Assembly: GCA_963835065.1 (NCBI GenBank)
Contig: CAWIEK010000049.1
Span: forward strand, 512,001-576,000
Length of the DNA: 64,000 nt
Source: an uncultured Chthonomonadaceae bacterium
GTDB taxonomy: Bacteria; Armatimonadota; Chthonomonadetes; Chthonomonadales; Chthonomonadaceae
Reading direction: 5' to 3'
The position numbers and the translations under genes were made by a program. Numbering within the stretch: position 1 is the stretch's first letter; each line of letters begins with the position of its first letter. Below are positions 19,084 through 30,466 of the stretch, piece after piece. The notes beneath the pieces were generated by a model. The model was not told where the DNA came from. It did not search any database and saw nothing but the letters and a program-made list of their open reading frames with translations.

Positions 19084-19728
19084 GCCATTCTGTTCGACCT
19101 TGACGGGACGCTCGTGGACACGCACGGCCTGATTATGCAGTGTTACGAGCATACGATAGAAACGCATTTGGGGCGTCCGATGCGGCGCGAGATTTGGGAG
19201 CGGCTTGTCGGCCTGCCATTGGACAACACGCTGACGGAAGTATGCGCGTTTTACGGCGTGGAACGGACGCCCGCATTGCTCAACGCCCTGCGGCAAACGT
19301 ACCGCGCCCACATGCGCGACAACTGCGACGGCATACGCGCCTTTCCCGGCATAGTGGAAATGCTGAACGGCCTGCGCGAACGGGGGCTGCGCATGGCGAT
19401 TGTCACGACCAAGTTCCGGCACATGGCGACGCGGCATCTGGAAACATCGGGACTGACGGAGTATTTCGAGTTCATCGTTCCCGGCGACGAAGTGACCAAC
19501 GCAAAGCCGGACGCGGAGCCATTTGTACGCGCTTTAGAATTGCTCCATCTTGCGCCCGAACACGTCGCGCACGTCGGCGACAGCAGCCACGACATCACAG
19601 GCGCAAAAGCCGCCGGCATCTACGCCATCGCTGCCCTGTGGGGCACGGACAACAAAGAAGCCCTGCTTTCCGCCGCTCCTGATTTGATTGCAGCAGCGCC
19701 GGGGGAGTTGATACCGGCAAGATATTGA
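19084..19728 (+). CDS. HAD-family phosphatase (PpaX/Gph-like); start unresolved
   Basis: In-frame AILFDLDGTLVDT from 19084, IVTTK, KPDAEP, VGDSSHDI. Confidence 0.85.
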   Translation, partial: AILFDLDGTLVDTHGLIMQCYEHTIETHLGRPMRREIWERLVGLPLDNTLTEVCAFYGVERTPALLNALRQTYRAHMRDNCDGIRAFPGIVEMLNGLRERGLRMAIVTTKFRHMATRHLETSGLTEYFEFIVPGDEVTNAKPDAEPFVRALELLHLAPEHVAHVGDSSHDITGAKAAGIYAIAALWGTDNKEALLSAAPDLIAAAPGELIPARY

Positions 19729-19859
19729 CAATGTAAACTGTTGACATGACCAGCAGCCTTGTCCTCCATAGTGTTTGCTGCCTTCAGCCATTTTGTTCTC
19801 ATCCATTGTTCGTTACCGTTTATGGTAACTCAACGTAACTCGAAAGGGAGTTCGCACCC

Positions 19860-22800
19860 ATGCAAGACCCCCAGCAAACCAACATTGACAGCGTGATCCA
19901 TTCCGATGACCTGCAAACCCCGCCCACCGATGTTGCCGTAGCGCGCGTCAGCAACGGTCATAGCGGCAGCGACAAAGCCGAAAAGACCGACAAGGCCAAT
20001 GGCCGCGTGAAAGTGCCCGCCGACCCCGCCAATGGCAATACCAGCAACTTCCGGCTCAACAACGCGCCCGGCCTGACCGTCGAGCGCCGCTTCACCAAAC
20101 CCGGCGAGGATGTGTACAGCACGGTGGAATGGGAACTGCGCGACGCGGTAATCTCCAATGAGCGCGGCGAAAAGGTGTTCGAGCAGAAGAATTGCGAAAT
20201 TCCCAAGTCGTGGACGCAGCTTGCCACCAATGTCGTCGTGTCCAAGTATTTCCGGGGGCACGTCGGGACGCCCGAACGCGAACACAGCGTCCGGCAATTG
20301 ATCGGGCGCGTGGCGGATACCATTGCCAACTGGGGCCGCCGAATGGACTATTTTGCGACCGAAGCCGACGCGCAAACCTTTCAGGACGAACTCACCCACA
20401 TTCTGCTGCACCAGAAAGCCGCCTTCAACTCCCCCGTCTGGTTCAACGTCGGCCTCAAAGATCAGCCGACCCCTCAGGCCTCGGCCTGCTTCATCAACAG
20501 TGTAGATGATACGATGGAGTCGATTCTGACGCTTGCCAAGACCGAGGGCATGCTGTTCAAGTTCGGCAGCGGCACGGGAACCAACCTTTCCACTTTGCGC
20601 GGCTCCAATGAAAGGCTCAAAGGCGGCGGTACGGCGTCCGGTCCTCTCTCCTTTATGCGTGGTTTCGATCAGTTCGCGGGCGCAATCAAGTGCCTGACGC
20701 CGGATGCCTACATTTACACAGAGCGAGGTATGCAAACGCTTGGCGAAGTGATTGATACCGCGCAAGCGTCCGGCTTCCACCCAACGATTCAGTTGTGCTG
20801 GCGACCAAAGATGCCCCGACGCGCATCTCGCATGTCTACGTCAGCCCGGAAGCGGAAACCTTTCGCCTGACCTTGCAGCATACCAATCTATCCCTGCGTG
20901 GAACCGGTGAACATCCTGTCTTGACACTCACGCCCGAATTTGAATTGGTGTGGAAACGCCTGACCGACCTTGCCGTTGGAGATCGCGTGGCGGTTTCGCG
21001 TCATACCGACCTGTGGCCGAACGAACCGCCTTCCTTCGCGGACTTTCAGCCCTACATGAAATCCGCCAAAAAAACGCTGACATATCCCACGCAAATGACG
21101 CCGGAACTGGCGCGATTGCTCGGCTACATGATTTCGGAAGGCTGCATGGATGCGGAACGCTTCCGCTTCTGCAATGCGGATGAGGATGTGTTCGCTGATT
21201 TCATCGCGTGTGTGCGCTCCGTTTTCGGCATTGACCCGGTTCGCAACATCAGCAAGCGCGTTCATCCGACTACGGGAGTGACCACATGGCTTTTCGAGGC
21301 TTGCTGGACAAACGCGCTCCGGTTCTTGCAGCATGTCGGCCTGACAACGGCTCTTTCTAATGCCAAAACCGTTCCCTGGAGCATTCGCTGCGCCCCGCGT
21401 TCTCTGGTGGTCGAGTTCCTGCGGGCTTATTTCGAGGGCGACGGGCACGTTTCCACGCATGTTTACGCCGCCAGCGCGTCCGAAATCGCTGCTGCGCGAA
21501 GTACAATTGTTGCTGCTGAACATGGGTATGGTGTCGCTATTGCGTCCGCATCCCGTCAACGGCAAAAACTATTGGAGCCTGTATCTGCGTGGCGAACAAG
21601 CATGGCTGTTTGTGCGCGACATCGGGTTTGTGTCCGCGCGCAAGCAACAGGCGGCACAACTGGCAGGCGACAAGAACACCAACATTGACTCCGTGCCGTT
21701 TCTTGCAGACGTGCTGCGAACGCGCGTGTATGGCAAATATTTCCGATGCGAGGATGGCGTAAGCAGGCGGCTTGGCTTCAATTTCTTTGCCCGAAGCCCT
21801 GGCACTAATCTATCTTATAAACAACTCCGCAATGCGCCGGGGGTGGTGGAGAAGGTACGCCAGATAAATTCGGATTGGGGCGCAACTCTGGAAACCATTT
21901 TGCAGCGAGAGTTCTTCTGGGACAAAGTCGCCGGTGTGGAAGCTGCGGAGGCCGCAGTCACCTACGATTTCACCGTTCCTGAGACCCATTCTTTCATCGC
22001 AAACGGCATTGTAAACCACAATAGCGGTGGAAAAACCCGGCGCGCGGCAAAAATGACATTGCTTGATATATCACACCCGGACATAGAGGCGTTCATTGTC
22101 AGCAAGGCGGCAGAAGAGAAAAAGGCATGGGCGCTGATTGACGCGGGCTACAGCGGCATGTTCAACGTGCCCGGCGGCGCGTATGACAGCGTCCAGTTCC
22201 AGAACGCCAACCATTCCGTGCGCGTCACCGATGAGTTCATGCAGACCTACCTCAAAGGCGGGCAGTGGACCACGCGCAACGTGATGGATAAGCAGCCCAA
22301 CAAAACCTACGAAGCTGCCGACCTGATGAAGAAAATCGGCGAAAGCGCGTGGATTTGCGGCGACCCCGGCATGCAATACGATACCACCATCAACAAGTGG
22401 CACACTTGCAAAAACACAGATAAAATTAATGCAAGTAATCCATGTTCAGAATTCGTTTTCCTAGATGATACCGCATGCAACCTGGCTTCATTAAATCTGA
22501 TGAAGTTCCGCAACGAGCAGTACGACTTTGATGTGGAGCCGTTCAAGCATGCCTGCCGCGTCCTGATTATTGCGCAGGAGATTCTGGTGGACAACGCCAG
22601 TTACCCGACGCCGCGCATTCAGGAAAACTCCCACGATTACCGCCCGCTCGGATTGGGCTACGCCAACCTGGGCGCGTTGCTTATGGCGCGCGGCTTGGCC
22701 TACGACAGCGATGCGGGGCGCGCGTATGCCGGCGCGATCACGGCCATGATGACGGGCGAAGCGTACCATCAGTCGGCTATCATTGCCCGCGATCACGGTT

Positions 22801-25479
22801 GGGCGTTCCCCGGCTACCACAAGAACCGCGAACCCATGCTGGATGTGATGCGGATGCACCGGCAGGCGGTAGAAGACATTGACGGCAAACTGGTTCCCGC
22901 CGAGATGATGCAGTCCGCCCGCAAGTGCTGGGACGATGCCGTAGAAGTGGGAACCGGACACGGCTATCGCAATGCGCAGACAACAGTACTTGCGCCTACA
23001 GGTTGTCTTGTCGGCAACAGCCTGGTGCTGACCAGTCGCGGCCTGGTGCGGCTGCAAAGTCTGGGCAATCCAAACGGCAGCCAGTGGCAGCCGCTGGATG
23101 TGGAAGTTTCCACGAATGAGGGGGCGCGGCAGGCCACGCAGTTCTATGTCAATGGCGCGGAACCGGTTGTCACCATCGAAACCAAACGCGGCTACCGGAT
23201 TCAGGGTACAACTCTGCACCGCATCAAGGTTGTGGACGCGCAGGGCGAATGGCAGTGGCGGCGTTTTGGCGACATTCGGCCCAACGACCGCATTCCCCTG
23301 ATGCTTGGCGGGTTGGTGGGCGTTCCGCAGCAGGTGGCGTTGCCGCCTCTTGCCGAAGCGTACTGGACGTCTGACCATGCCACATTCGCGCCGCGCCGCA
23401 TGAACGCGGAATTGGCGGAGTTCGTCGGCTACTTTATGGGCGACGGTTCGCTGCACAGCAAAGGCATTCGCCTGTGTGTCGCCAATGAAGATCCGGATGT
23501 TGTCGCGCATCTGTCCGCATTGGGCAAGCAATTGTTCGGCCTGGAAGCGGCAATTACGGCAAAGCAGGGCTATACGGAAGTGTCCTTTAATTCCGTCGCG
23601 CCTGACGCTGTGGTGGGAAGCCTGCGGGTTTGCCAAAACTGCGCCGTCTGCGGATCACAGCGGCAAAGGCTATGCGCCCCGTATTCCCGATGCCGTTTTA
23701 CATGCCAACGATCCACAAGTTTACGCGGCGTTCGTGCGCGGTTTGTTTGAAGCAGACGCCTGCTGCACGAATGGCTATGTCGCCTGGACAACCACGCACG
23801 ACCAGTTCAGTCGGGATATGCAATCCCTCCTGCTCACGCTTGGGTTTGTGACGACCCGCAAGATAGACATGCCTGGCGAAGGCAGTTTCGGGACCAACCC
23901 GAAATATGTGCTGCGCCTGCTGAACGTATCCGTGACAGGACGCTTCGGTGAAGAAGTCGGCTTTCTGTCCGCGCGCAAGCAAGCGCTGACAAGACTCGGT
24001 CAGCATCCGCAAAGCGCCAAGCACGACCAGATTCCGCTCACCCGCGAAATGGTAGACCTGCTGGCGCCGGTCAATGACAGCCTGCGCAAAAACCTGCTGA
24101 TGTCGCTGGCGCGGCACGGAACGGTATCGCGCCAGTTGGCAGAGGAACTGCTGACACGCGCCGCGCATCCCAAACTCGGCCATCTGCTCGGCTTCTTTTA
24201 CGATGAAGTGGCAACGGCGGAGTTGGGCGAGGAACAGTTTACTTACGACATTTCCGTTCCCGACAATGTCACTTACGTTGCCAACGGTTTCGTCAGCCAC
24301 AACACCATCGGCTTCCTCATGGATTGTGACACGACGGGCATTGAGCCGGATATTGCCATTGTCAAGTACAAGAACCTTGTCGGCGGCGGCGTGATGAAAA
24401 TCGTCAACAACACCGTGCCCGAAGCCCTGATGCGCCTGGGCTATTCGGAAGCGCAGGTAAAAAGCATCATCGCTTACATTGACGAGCATGACACCATCGA
24501 AGGCAATCCCGACCTCAAGCCGGAACACCTGTCCATTTTCGATTGCGCCTTCAAGCCCGGCAACGGCGAGCGTTCCATTCACTATCTTGGGCATGTCCGC
24601 ATGATGGCTGCCGCGCAGCCGTTCCTTTCCGGCGCAATTTCGAAGACGGTCAACATGCCGCATGAGGCGACGGCAGAAGAAATCATGGGCGTTTATGTCG
24701 AAGGCTGGAAACTCGGCCTCAAAGCCATTGCCATTTACCGCGACGGCTCCAAGCGCACTCAGCCGCTCATGACGAAAAAGGCGGATAAAACAGATGAGGG
24801 AAAAGGGAAAAGGGAAGAGGGAACAGAAGCCACCCCAACACCCAACACCCTTACTGTCAACAAGCCGTTGCGCCGCAAGCTGCCGGACGAGCGGGCGGCT
24901 ATGACCCACAAGTTCAGCATTGCGGGACACGAAGGCTATATTACGGTGGGCATGTACCCGGATGGAACGCCCGGCGAAATCTTCCTGACCATGAGCAAGG
25001 AAGGCTCGACGATTTCCGGCCTGATGGACTCGTTTGCAACCGCCATATCGCTCGCCTTGCAATACGGCGTTCCGCTGCAAACGCTTGTGGACAAGTTCGC
25101 GCACGCCCGGTTTGAGCCGTCCGGCGTCACCAACAACCCGGATATTCGCTTCGCCAAGTCCATCATGGATTACATCTTCCGGTGGCTCGGCTCCAAGTTC
25201 CTCAACCGCGTGCCGGAACCCACGCAACCCACGCTGTCGAATGGACACGGCGAAGAGACTGTGGCGCTTGCCGCCGATGCCCCTCCCCTGACCCTGACCG
25301 CAGCCCCGGCAGTCGAGACGCCGGTTCCGGCGCAATCGCTGTCGCTGGCCGAACGGGAACACCAGACGTTCCAAAATCAGGCTGACGCGCCTATCTGTAC
25401 GGAGTGCGGCGCAATCATGGTGCGCAACGGCGCGTGTTTCAAATGTCTGTCGTGCGGTTCCGTGTTCGGCTGTTCGTAG
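19860..25479 (+). CDS. nrdJ: Vitamin B12-dependent (class II) ribonucleotide reductase with two inteins; frameshifts near 20780, 21480 and 23597
   Basis: FNSPVWFN, QASACFI, SGGKTRRAAKM, SNPCSEF, APTG|TI, SGAISKTVN, C-terminal TSCPD-like domain and Zn ribbon. Confidence 0.93.
20691..22022 (+). mobile_element. Intein 1 with LAGLIDADG homing endonuclease
   Basis: GAIK|CLTPD...FIANGIVNHN|SGG; blocks LGYMISEG and FLRAYFEGDG. Confidence 0.9.
23004..24303 (+). mobile_element. Intein 2 with LAGLIDADG homing endonuclease
   Basis: APTG|CLVGN...YVANGFVSHN|TIG; blocks VGYFMGDG and FVRGLFEADA. Confidence 0.9.
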
Positions 25480-25485
25480 TGCAGA

Positions 25486-25601
25486 CATTAGGCATCAGGC
25501 ATTAGGCATTAGAATATTCTTTTCCTGCCAAGCTGTCCGTGTGCTGTACAGTTTTGAGTAGACAGGCATTTCAAATGCCTGATGCCTGATGCCTAATGCC
25601 T
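25486..25601. repeat. Heptamer inverted-repeat element (AGGCATY versus RATGCCT)
   Basis: Opposed arrays immediately after nrdJ. Confidence 0.8.
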
Positions 25602-25616
25602 CCCCGGAGATTTCTC

Positions 25617-26057
25617 ATGCTGAAAATCGTAGAAGTCCATCCTTCGGCCAACCCGCAGGGGGAATACGTGGTGCTGCAAAATCTGGGATTGGTCACGGTC
25701 AGCCTGCGCGGATGGGCGGTATGTACGGACGATTATCTGGAGGGTTGTCCGCAGGCGGCGGCGGGCGGCATGTACATTTTCCGGGAAGATATTACTGTCA
25801 GGCCGTATACCCGCGTGGTGCTGTTCACGGGTTGCGGCGAGGATGGATGGGTTCCCACGGTAGACGGCAAGCAGGCATACTGCGCGTTTTGGAAGCGAAC
25901 TGAAAGCGTGTGGAAGCGTTCACAAAACGTTCATGTGCTGCAAATCGCCACATCACGCAAGGTGATGCCGCCGGAAGGTAAAACCCCCCATACCAACCAG
26001 CCTTCTGCGCCTCCTTCCAATCAGCGCGAAGAGAAGAAAACACCACAGTTTGCATGA
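25617..26057 (+). CDS. Lamin-tail-domain (LTD)-like protein
   Basis: KIVEV...GEYVVLQN...VSLRGW...YIF...VVLFTG pattern; GGAGA SD. Confidence 0.6.
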   Translation: MLKIVEVHPSANPQGEYVVLQNLGLVTVSLRGWAVCTDDYLEGCPQAAAGGMYIFREDITVRPYTRVVLFTGCGEDGWVPTVDGKQAYCAFWKRTESVWKRSQNVHVLQIATSRKVMPPEGKTPHTNQPSAPPSNQREEKKTPQFA

Positions 26058-26176
26058 ACTACGTTCACCTTGGAGTATGAATATGCCGGATTGTCCGAAC
26101 ACCGAACACCGAACACCGGCATTTTCAGGATAGAGGGAAGCGGCTTGCTCCGTATAGACAGAGTACAGGCACCAAA

Positions 26177-26212
26177 GTAACGCAGGACGCACTCGGGCGC
26201 GTCCTGCGTTAC
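26177..26212. terminator. Hairpin between convergent genes
   Basis: GTAACGCAGGACGC...GCGTCCTGCGTTAC. Confidence 0.7.
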
Positions 26213-26241
26213 TGTTAGACTTTAGCCGTTACTGCTGGAAT

Positions 26242-27243
26242 TTAGCGCTGCTGGGCGAAGTCGGGCGATTTGGCGGCTTGATCTTCGATGTCGCCTACCG
26301 TGCCGACGTTTTGCTGATCTCCGGGCATTGTGCCGATGGCGCCGCCCTGACGCGGACCACCATCGTGCATGGTTTCCTGATCTACAACCAGTTTTTGTGA
26401 GGCCGCGCCGCTTTTCTGCGGCGGAACGGGGAACTCGCGGTCACGCAGTTCTTCGCCAACCGCCAATTTGCCTTCGGCCTGCGTGGACAAAGCCTGCTGT
26501 GCCGGCTCGGAGGAAGATGAGGCGGGAGCGGGCGCAGCGGCGTCAACAGTTGTTGTGCCTGCCTGCGCTTTGCCGGTGTTGGCGGACATATTTCCTGACA
26601 TAGTTTCGGCTTCCATTCTTTGATTTACCCGCTCCCCTTCGCGGCCATCGGTGGACAAAGCGTTGGCTTGCAGCGCCTGATCGTACTCCTCGCTCATTTT
26701 GCCGCGCTTGCGCGAACTCCCGGAGACTGCTGTATTCGTGGTGGCCGCAGTTGCTGTCGTTGCCGTTGTCGCAATGGCGGGCGGCGCTATCATGTCCGGT
26801 GTTGCTGCGGTTGATTTGGCCGTTTTGCTTGTTCTGGCTTTCTTCGAAGTGTCAGCGGAAGTGTCGGACGGCGGCAGCGGGTTTGCCGCTTGATTTTCGA
26901 TATGTTCCGAGGCCAGTTCCGGTTCCACAAGGGCGGTACGCGCATCGTTGGTAGGCGCGGCGCTTTGCGGCATTCCAGTAACAAGCGGAACAGGAGTGCC
27001 TGTGCCTTCCGCTTGCTGCGTCAAATCTACCGTTTGAACGCCATGCGGCAAGGCATTGACGGACGGAGCGGCGGAAGTTCCCTGACGGGCCTGCATCGCC
27101 CACTTTGCGATTGCGCCTGCCACGCCCACCGCGCCCGCTCCCAAAATCAACCAGGAACGCGCCTGCCGTTTACGCGCCGCAAGCGACGTTTCCTCAAAAT
27201 CCTGCGTTTGTTTTGATTGTGGGCGTGATGACCGGGTTCGCAT
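26242..27243 (-). CDS. Hypothetical membrane-anchored low-complexity protein
   Basis: GGGAGA SD, one hydrophobic segment, Ala/Thr/Ser/Gln-rich body. Confidence 0.6.
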   Translation of the reverse strand: MRTRSSRPQSKQTQDFEETSLAARKRQARSWLILGAGAVGVAGAIAKWAMQARQGTSAAPSVNALPHGVQTVDLTQQAEGTGTPVPLVTGMPQSAAPTNDARTALVEPELASEHIENQAANPLPPSDTSADTSKKARTSKTAKSTAATPDMIAPPAIATTATTATAATTNTAVSGSSRKRGKMSEEYDQALQANALSTDGREGERVNQRMEAETMSGNMSANTGKAQAGTTTVDAAAPAPASSSSEPAQQALSTQAEGKLAVGEELRDREFPVPPQKSGAASQKLVVDQETMHDGGPRQGGAIGTMPGDQQNVGTVGDIEDQAAKSPDFAQQR

Positions 27244-27430
27244 AACAAAGTCTCCCTGTTCGGCACAGTTTGGCAAAATGACGTTGATTCGCTCGCGCTT
27301 GTTCCGGCAAAGCGATGAGAAGCAAGGGCAGCAATCATCTCTCCTTATAACTGTTCCCATTCGATTCGCGTGATGCGCGTGTTGTCCATTATGTATTTTC
27401 CAGCATGTATTCCAGCAGAATTCGTTGTAC

Positions 27431-27988
27431 TCAGGAAGGTGAGGAGGCGGTGTGCTGCGCTTGTCTGCGCGAACGCCGATGGGAAGGGGACGGTGGCCCC
27501 ATCAGCAGCACCAATGTAAAACCAATCAACAAAATGATCAGCAGGATGACTGCTATCCGCCGCGTTTTTTGCGATTCCGCTTTCCGATTGCGTTCGCGTT
27601 CCGCTTCTGCCCGTTCCGCTTGATCAACTTCCCGATTCGAGTCTTCAACAAACGCGCTCAGACTTGCCCACTCTTCCACAATAGAAAGATCTTCGTGACT
27701 TATCAGATACACGGGCGAGTGGGTAAGCGCCGTATCTATCAGATGTTCGTCACCCGCCGCGCCGTGTCCAATGACGAGGTACGTCGGCTTCCAACTCGTC
27801 CTGTCGTAGTCACTGGCGCTCATGGGAAAGCGCGTGGTGTTGATAACCGCCTCAGGATCGTCGTAGAACCAGTAGACCTCCTCGTTTCCCATAGGACGGA
27901 ACGGAAACTCCCGACTGACAGCGCGATAATCGGCGGGCAGTTTCAATCCCAATTCCGCTTCAATCTTGTCCAATTGTGTATCCGTCAT
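27431..27988 (-). CDS. SMI1/KNR4 (SUKH) family protein with C-terminal TM
   Basis: IEAELGLKLPADYR, VIGHGAAGD, VYLISHE, WASLSAFV. Confidence 0.75.
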   Translation of the reverse strand: MTDTQLDKIEAELGLKLPADYRAVSREFPFRPMGNEEVYWFYDDPEAVINTTRFPMSASDYDRTSWKPTYLVIGHGAAGDEHLIDTALTHSPVYLISHEDLSIVEEWASLSAFVEDSNREVDQAERAEAERERNRKAESQKTRRIAVILLIILLIGFTLVLLMGPPSPSHRRSRRQAQHTASSPS

Positions 27989-28067
27989 GTCGCGTTGACT
28001 CCTTCAAAACTGCCCCTTCACGCATAGGATCAATCCATTTCTTGTCTGCCCCGCTTTGCTCCTGCGT

Positions 28068-28168
28068 TTGTCTTGAACCATGATTTTGCATGATTAGGAG
28101 GATTAGCATGATCAGGCTGGTCTTCCTCATGGTAATCCTTTAATCCGGTAAATCCTGGTTCAGACAAT
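28068..28168. repeat. ~100-bp palindromic element, copy A
   Basis: TTGTC(T)TGAACCATGATT...AATCCTGGTTCAGACAA; inverted near-copy at 30363-30462. Confidence 0.85.
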
Positions 28169-30350
28169 CTCCCATTCTATAGTGACAGGGCGTGAATCTG
28201 TGTATGGCAGTTGAAATTCCAGAAGGTGGGTGTCTTCCGCGTAGGTGAAGGGCAGAATGAGATTGCCTTCGTGAACCTGCGCGGGGCGCGTTTCGCACCA
28301 GGCCAGAAAACGGCCTTCGCCGCGTAAACGCATGGCAAGCCTCCGCTGCGTTGCCGTTTTTTCCATCGCGTCATATTCCAGAATCGCGCCTCCGCTGTTG
28401 TACATATCCGCAAGGCCGATAGGCGCAAAACCTTCCATGATCCGCGCAACGGTGAATATATCGCCCGTCAGCGCAGGCATCTCGATTTTCCAGCGCTCTG
28501 AAGCCTGCATTTTGCGGCACTCGCCGGTGGAATGGCGGTAAACGGCAAACTCATCAAGGCCGCGCCAATCATGTATATCAGAGGGAGAGACATGCCCGGC
28601 AATGGTTTCCGCCTGTTGTACTTCCGGTTGCGGCGCGGCAACATCCGACAGCGAGGCTTTCTCCACGTTTGCAGCGTCACCGGGTACGGGCGGCGTGTCG
28701 GGCGCATGGTAGCGCGCATTGAACACGCCAATCACGCCACACATCATCCGGCATATAATTTTCATTGAAGATTTTGAGCAGAATATTTTCTTTCGTCGGG
28801 TCGTGGAACAGGCAGTCGCGGGTCGGGAGTCCGGGATTGGGCGCGCGCAAAACGGTTCCATTGGGCAGTACCAGTTTGCGCAGTATGTCAAAGTTGTGCG
28901 TACCGGGCTTGTCGGAAACGTATACGGGACTGCCACTGACGGCGCGCGCCATCGCGTGAAATTCGCCCATCGCGTGTCCCGACTGAAACATATCCCAATC
29001 GGGGTGTACGAACTCGCCGAACCACAGGCTGACGAGCGCGTTGACGTACAGGTGTTCGCCGTGCGATTCGGGCTTGTTGGGCCAGAAATCGGTTGATGTG
29101 CGCGTGATCGTGGAATTGAGCGCGCTGTACAGCATGTCATTGGCGCAGGACATGCAGTTGATAACATTGCCGTCGAAGTGCGTGTTTACCGAGCCTTCGA
29201 GCGCCTCGTGGTAGTTGCGCATCAGGCGGACGCGCCCACCCTCGCCATACGCGATGCCTTCAATCGTGGCCTGCGTATCCACCTTCACGCCGTCCACGCC
29301 CTGTTTGCGCAGATGCCGGTGATAATCCTGAAAGAAGCGGTAAATATCCTTGCCGCTGACCAGCCCGACTGTTTCGCCCCACCATTGCGTGTTCATCATG
29401 GGACGATGGTGCAGGATTCCGGGCGCAAAACGGCGCGAAGTCGGGCGAACGTCATACTCAGGAAAGGCTTCCTCATCCACGCCGCCCCAGTAGCCATTGA
29501 GCGCATGCCAGACAAGAAACGTTTTTACGCCGTATTCTTCCTTCGCCATGCGGATCATGGGAGCCAGATCGCCCGGAAACTTTTCGTTGGCGGCAAACGC
29601 GGTCAGGCGCGTTTCGCCCGAATCGCGCTTGCGAACGGATTGCCAGCCGTCGTCCAGAATCAGCAGGCGCGGCTGTATTCCGCCCGCCTTGAAACTTTCC
29701 AGCCCCTCTTTCACTTTGTCCTGCGACACGTCCTGATAAAAAGCGTCCCACGTACACCAGCCGAATTGATCTACAAATTCGGGCAGAAACTTCTCGCTGC
29801 GGATTCGTCCCGTCTGCATCCGGTCCATGACGCTGTAGCGCGCCGCGCCCATGAGCGGATAAGGGCTGAAACAGTCAGCAATGAACAGGGCTGTGGCTTC
29901 GCTTGCGCAAACGGATGGATCGTTGGACTCGACCACCAATTCCAGGCCGTTTTCGCCCGCGCCCTGCAAACTCGCCCGAAAGTTGCCATCCAGAATGGGC
30001 GCGAACAGAATCACGCTTTCATCCGCGCGCTCGCACAGCAAGAATTGCGTTTCCGGGGGCACATCGCCGCCTGTCGCGCCCACTTTCGCGGTCATCCAGA
30101 ACGGCTCATAGCGGTGGGCGCACACAAGGCGCGTCACGTTCTGCAATTCGCCAAGCGGAAACACAAGCCGCGAACTCGGCTTTTCCGCTATGCCCCCGAC
30201 GAACACGCCGCTATCCATGGATTCGTCGGCTGCCAGAGTTGTCGCAGCGGGCATGTTGGCGAGAATAGCAACGCCATCGGCGCTTAACACGCCGTCTTCC
30301 AGCGTCCAAACCGTTTCAAAACCGCTTTCTGAGGGAACATTGATAGGCAT
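28160..30350 (-). CDS. Sip1/raffinose synthase-like alpha-galactosidase (GH36); frameshift near 28740
   Basis: FGWCTWDAFY, ILDDGWQ, VWHALNGYWGG, GVDGVKVD, INCMS, PDWDMFQS, VYVSDKPG. Confidence 0.9.
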
Positions 30351-30362
30351 AGTGGGTTCCTG

Positions 30363-30462
30363 TTGTCTGAACCATGATTTCACATGATTTAGATGATTAC
30401 CATGATGAAGACCAACCTGATCATGCTAATCCTCCTAATCATGAAAAATCATGGTTCAGACA
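30363..30462. repeat. ~100-bp palindromic element, copy B
   Basis: TTGTCTGAACCATGATTT...AAATCATGGTTCAGACAA. Confidence 0.85.
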
Positions 30463-30466
30463 ATTC

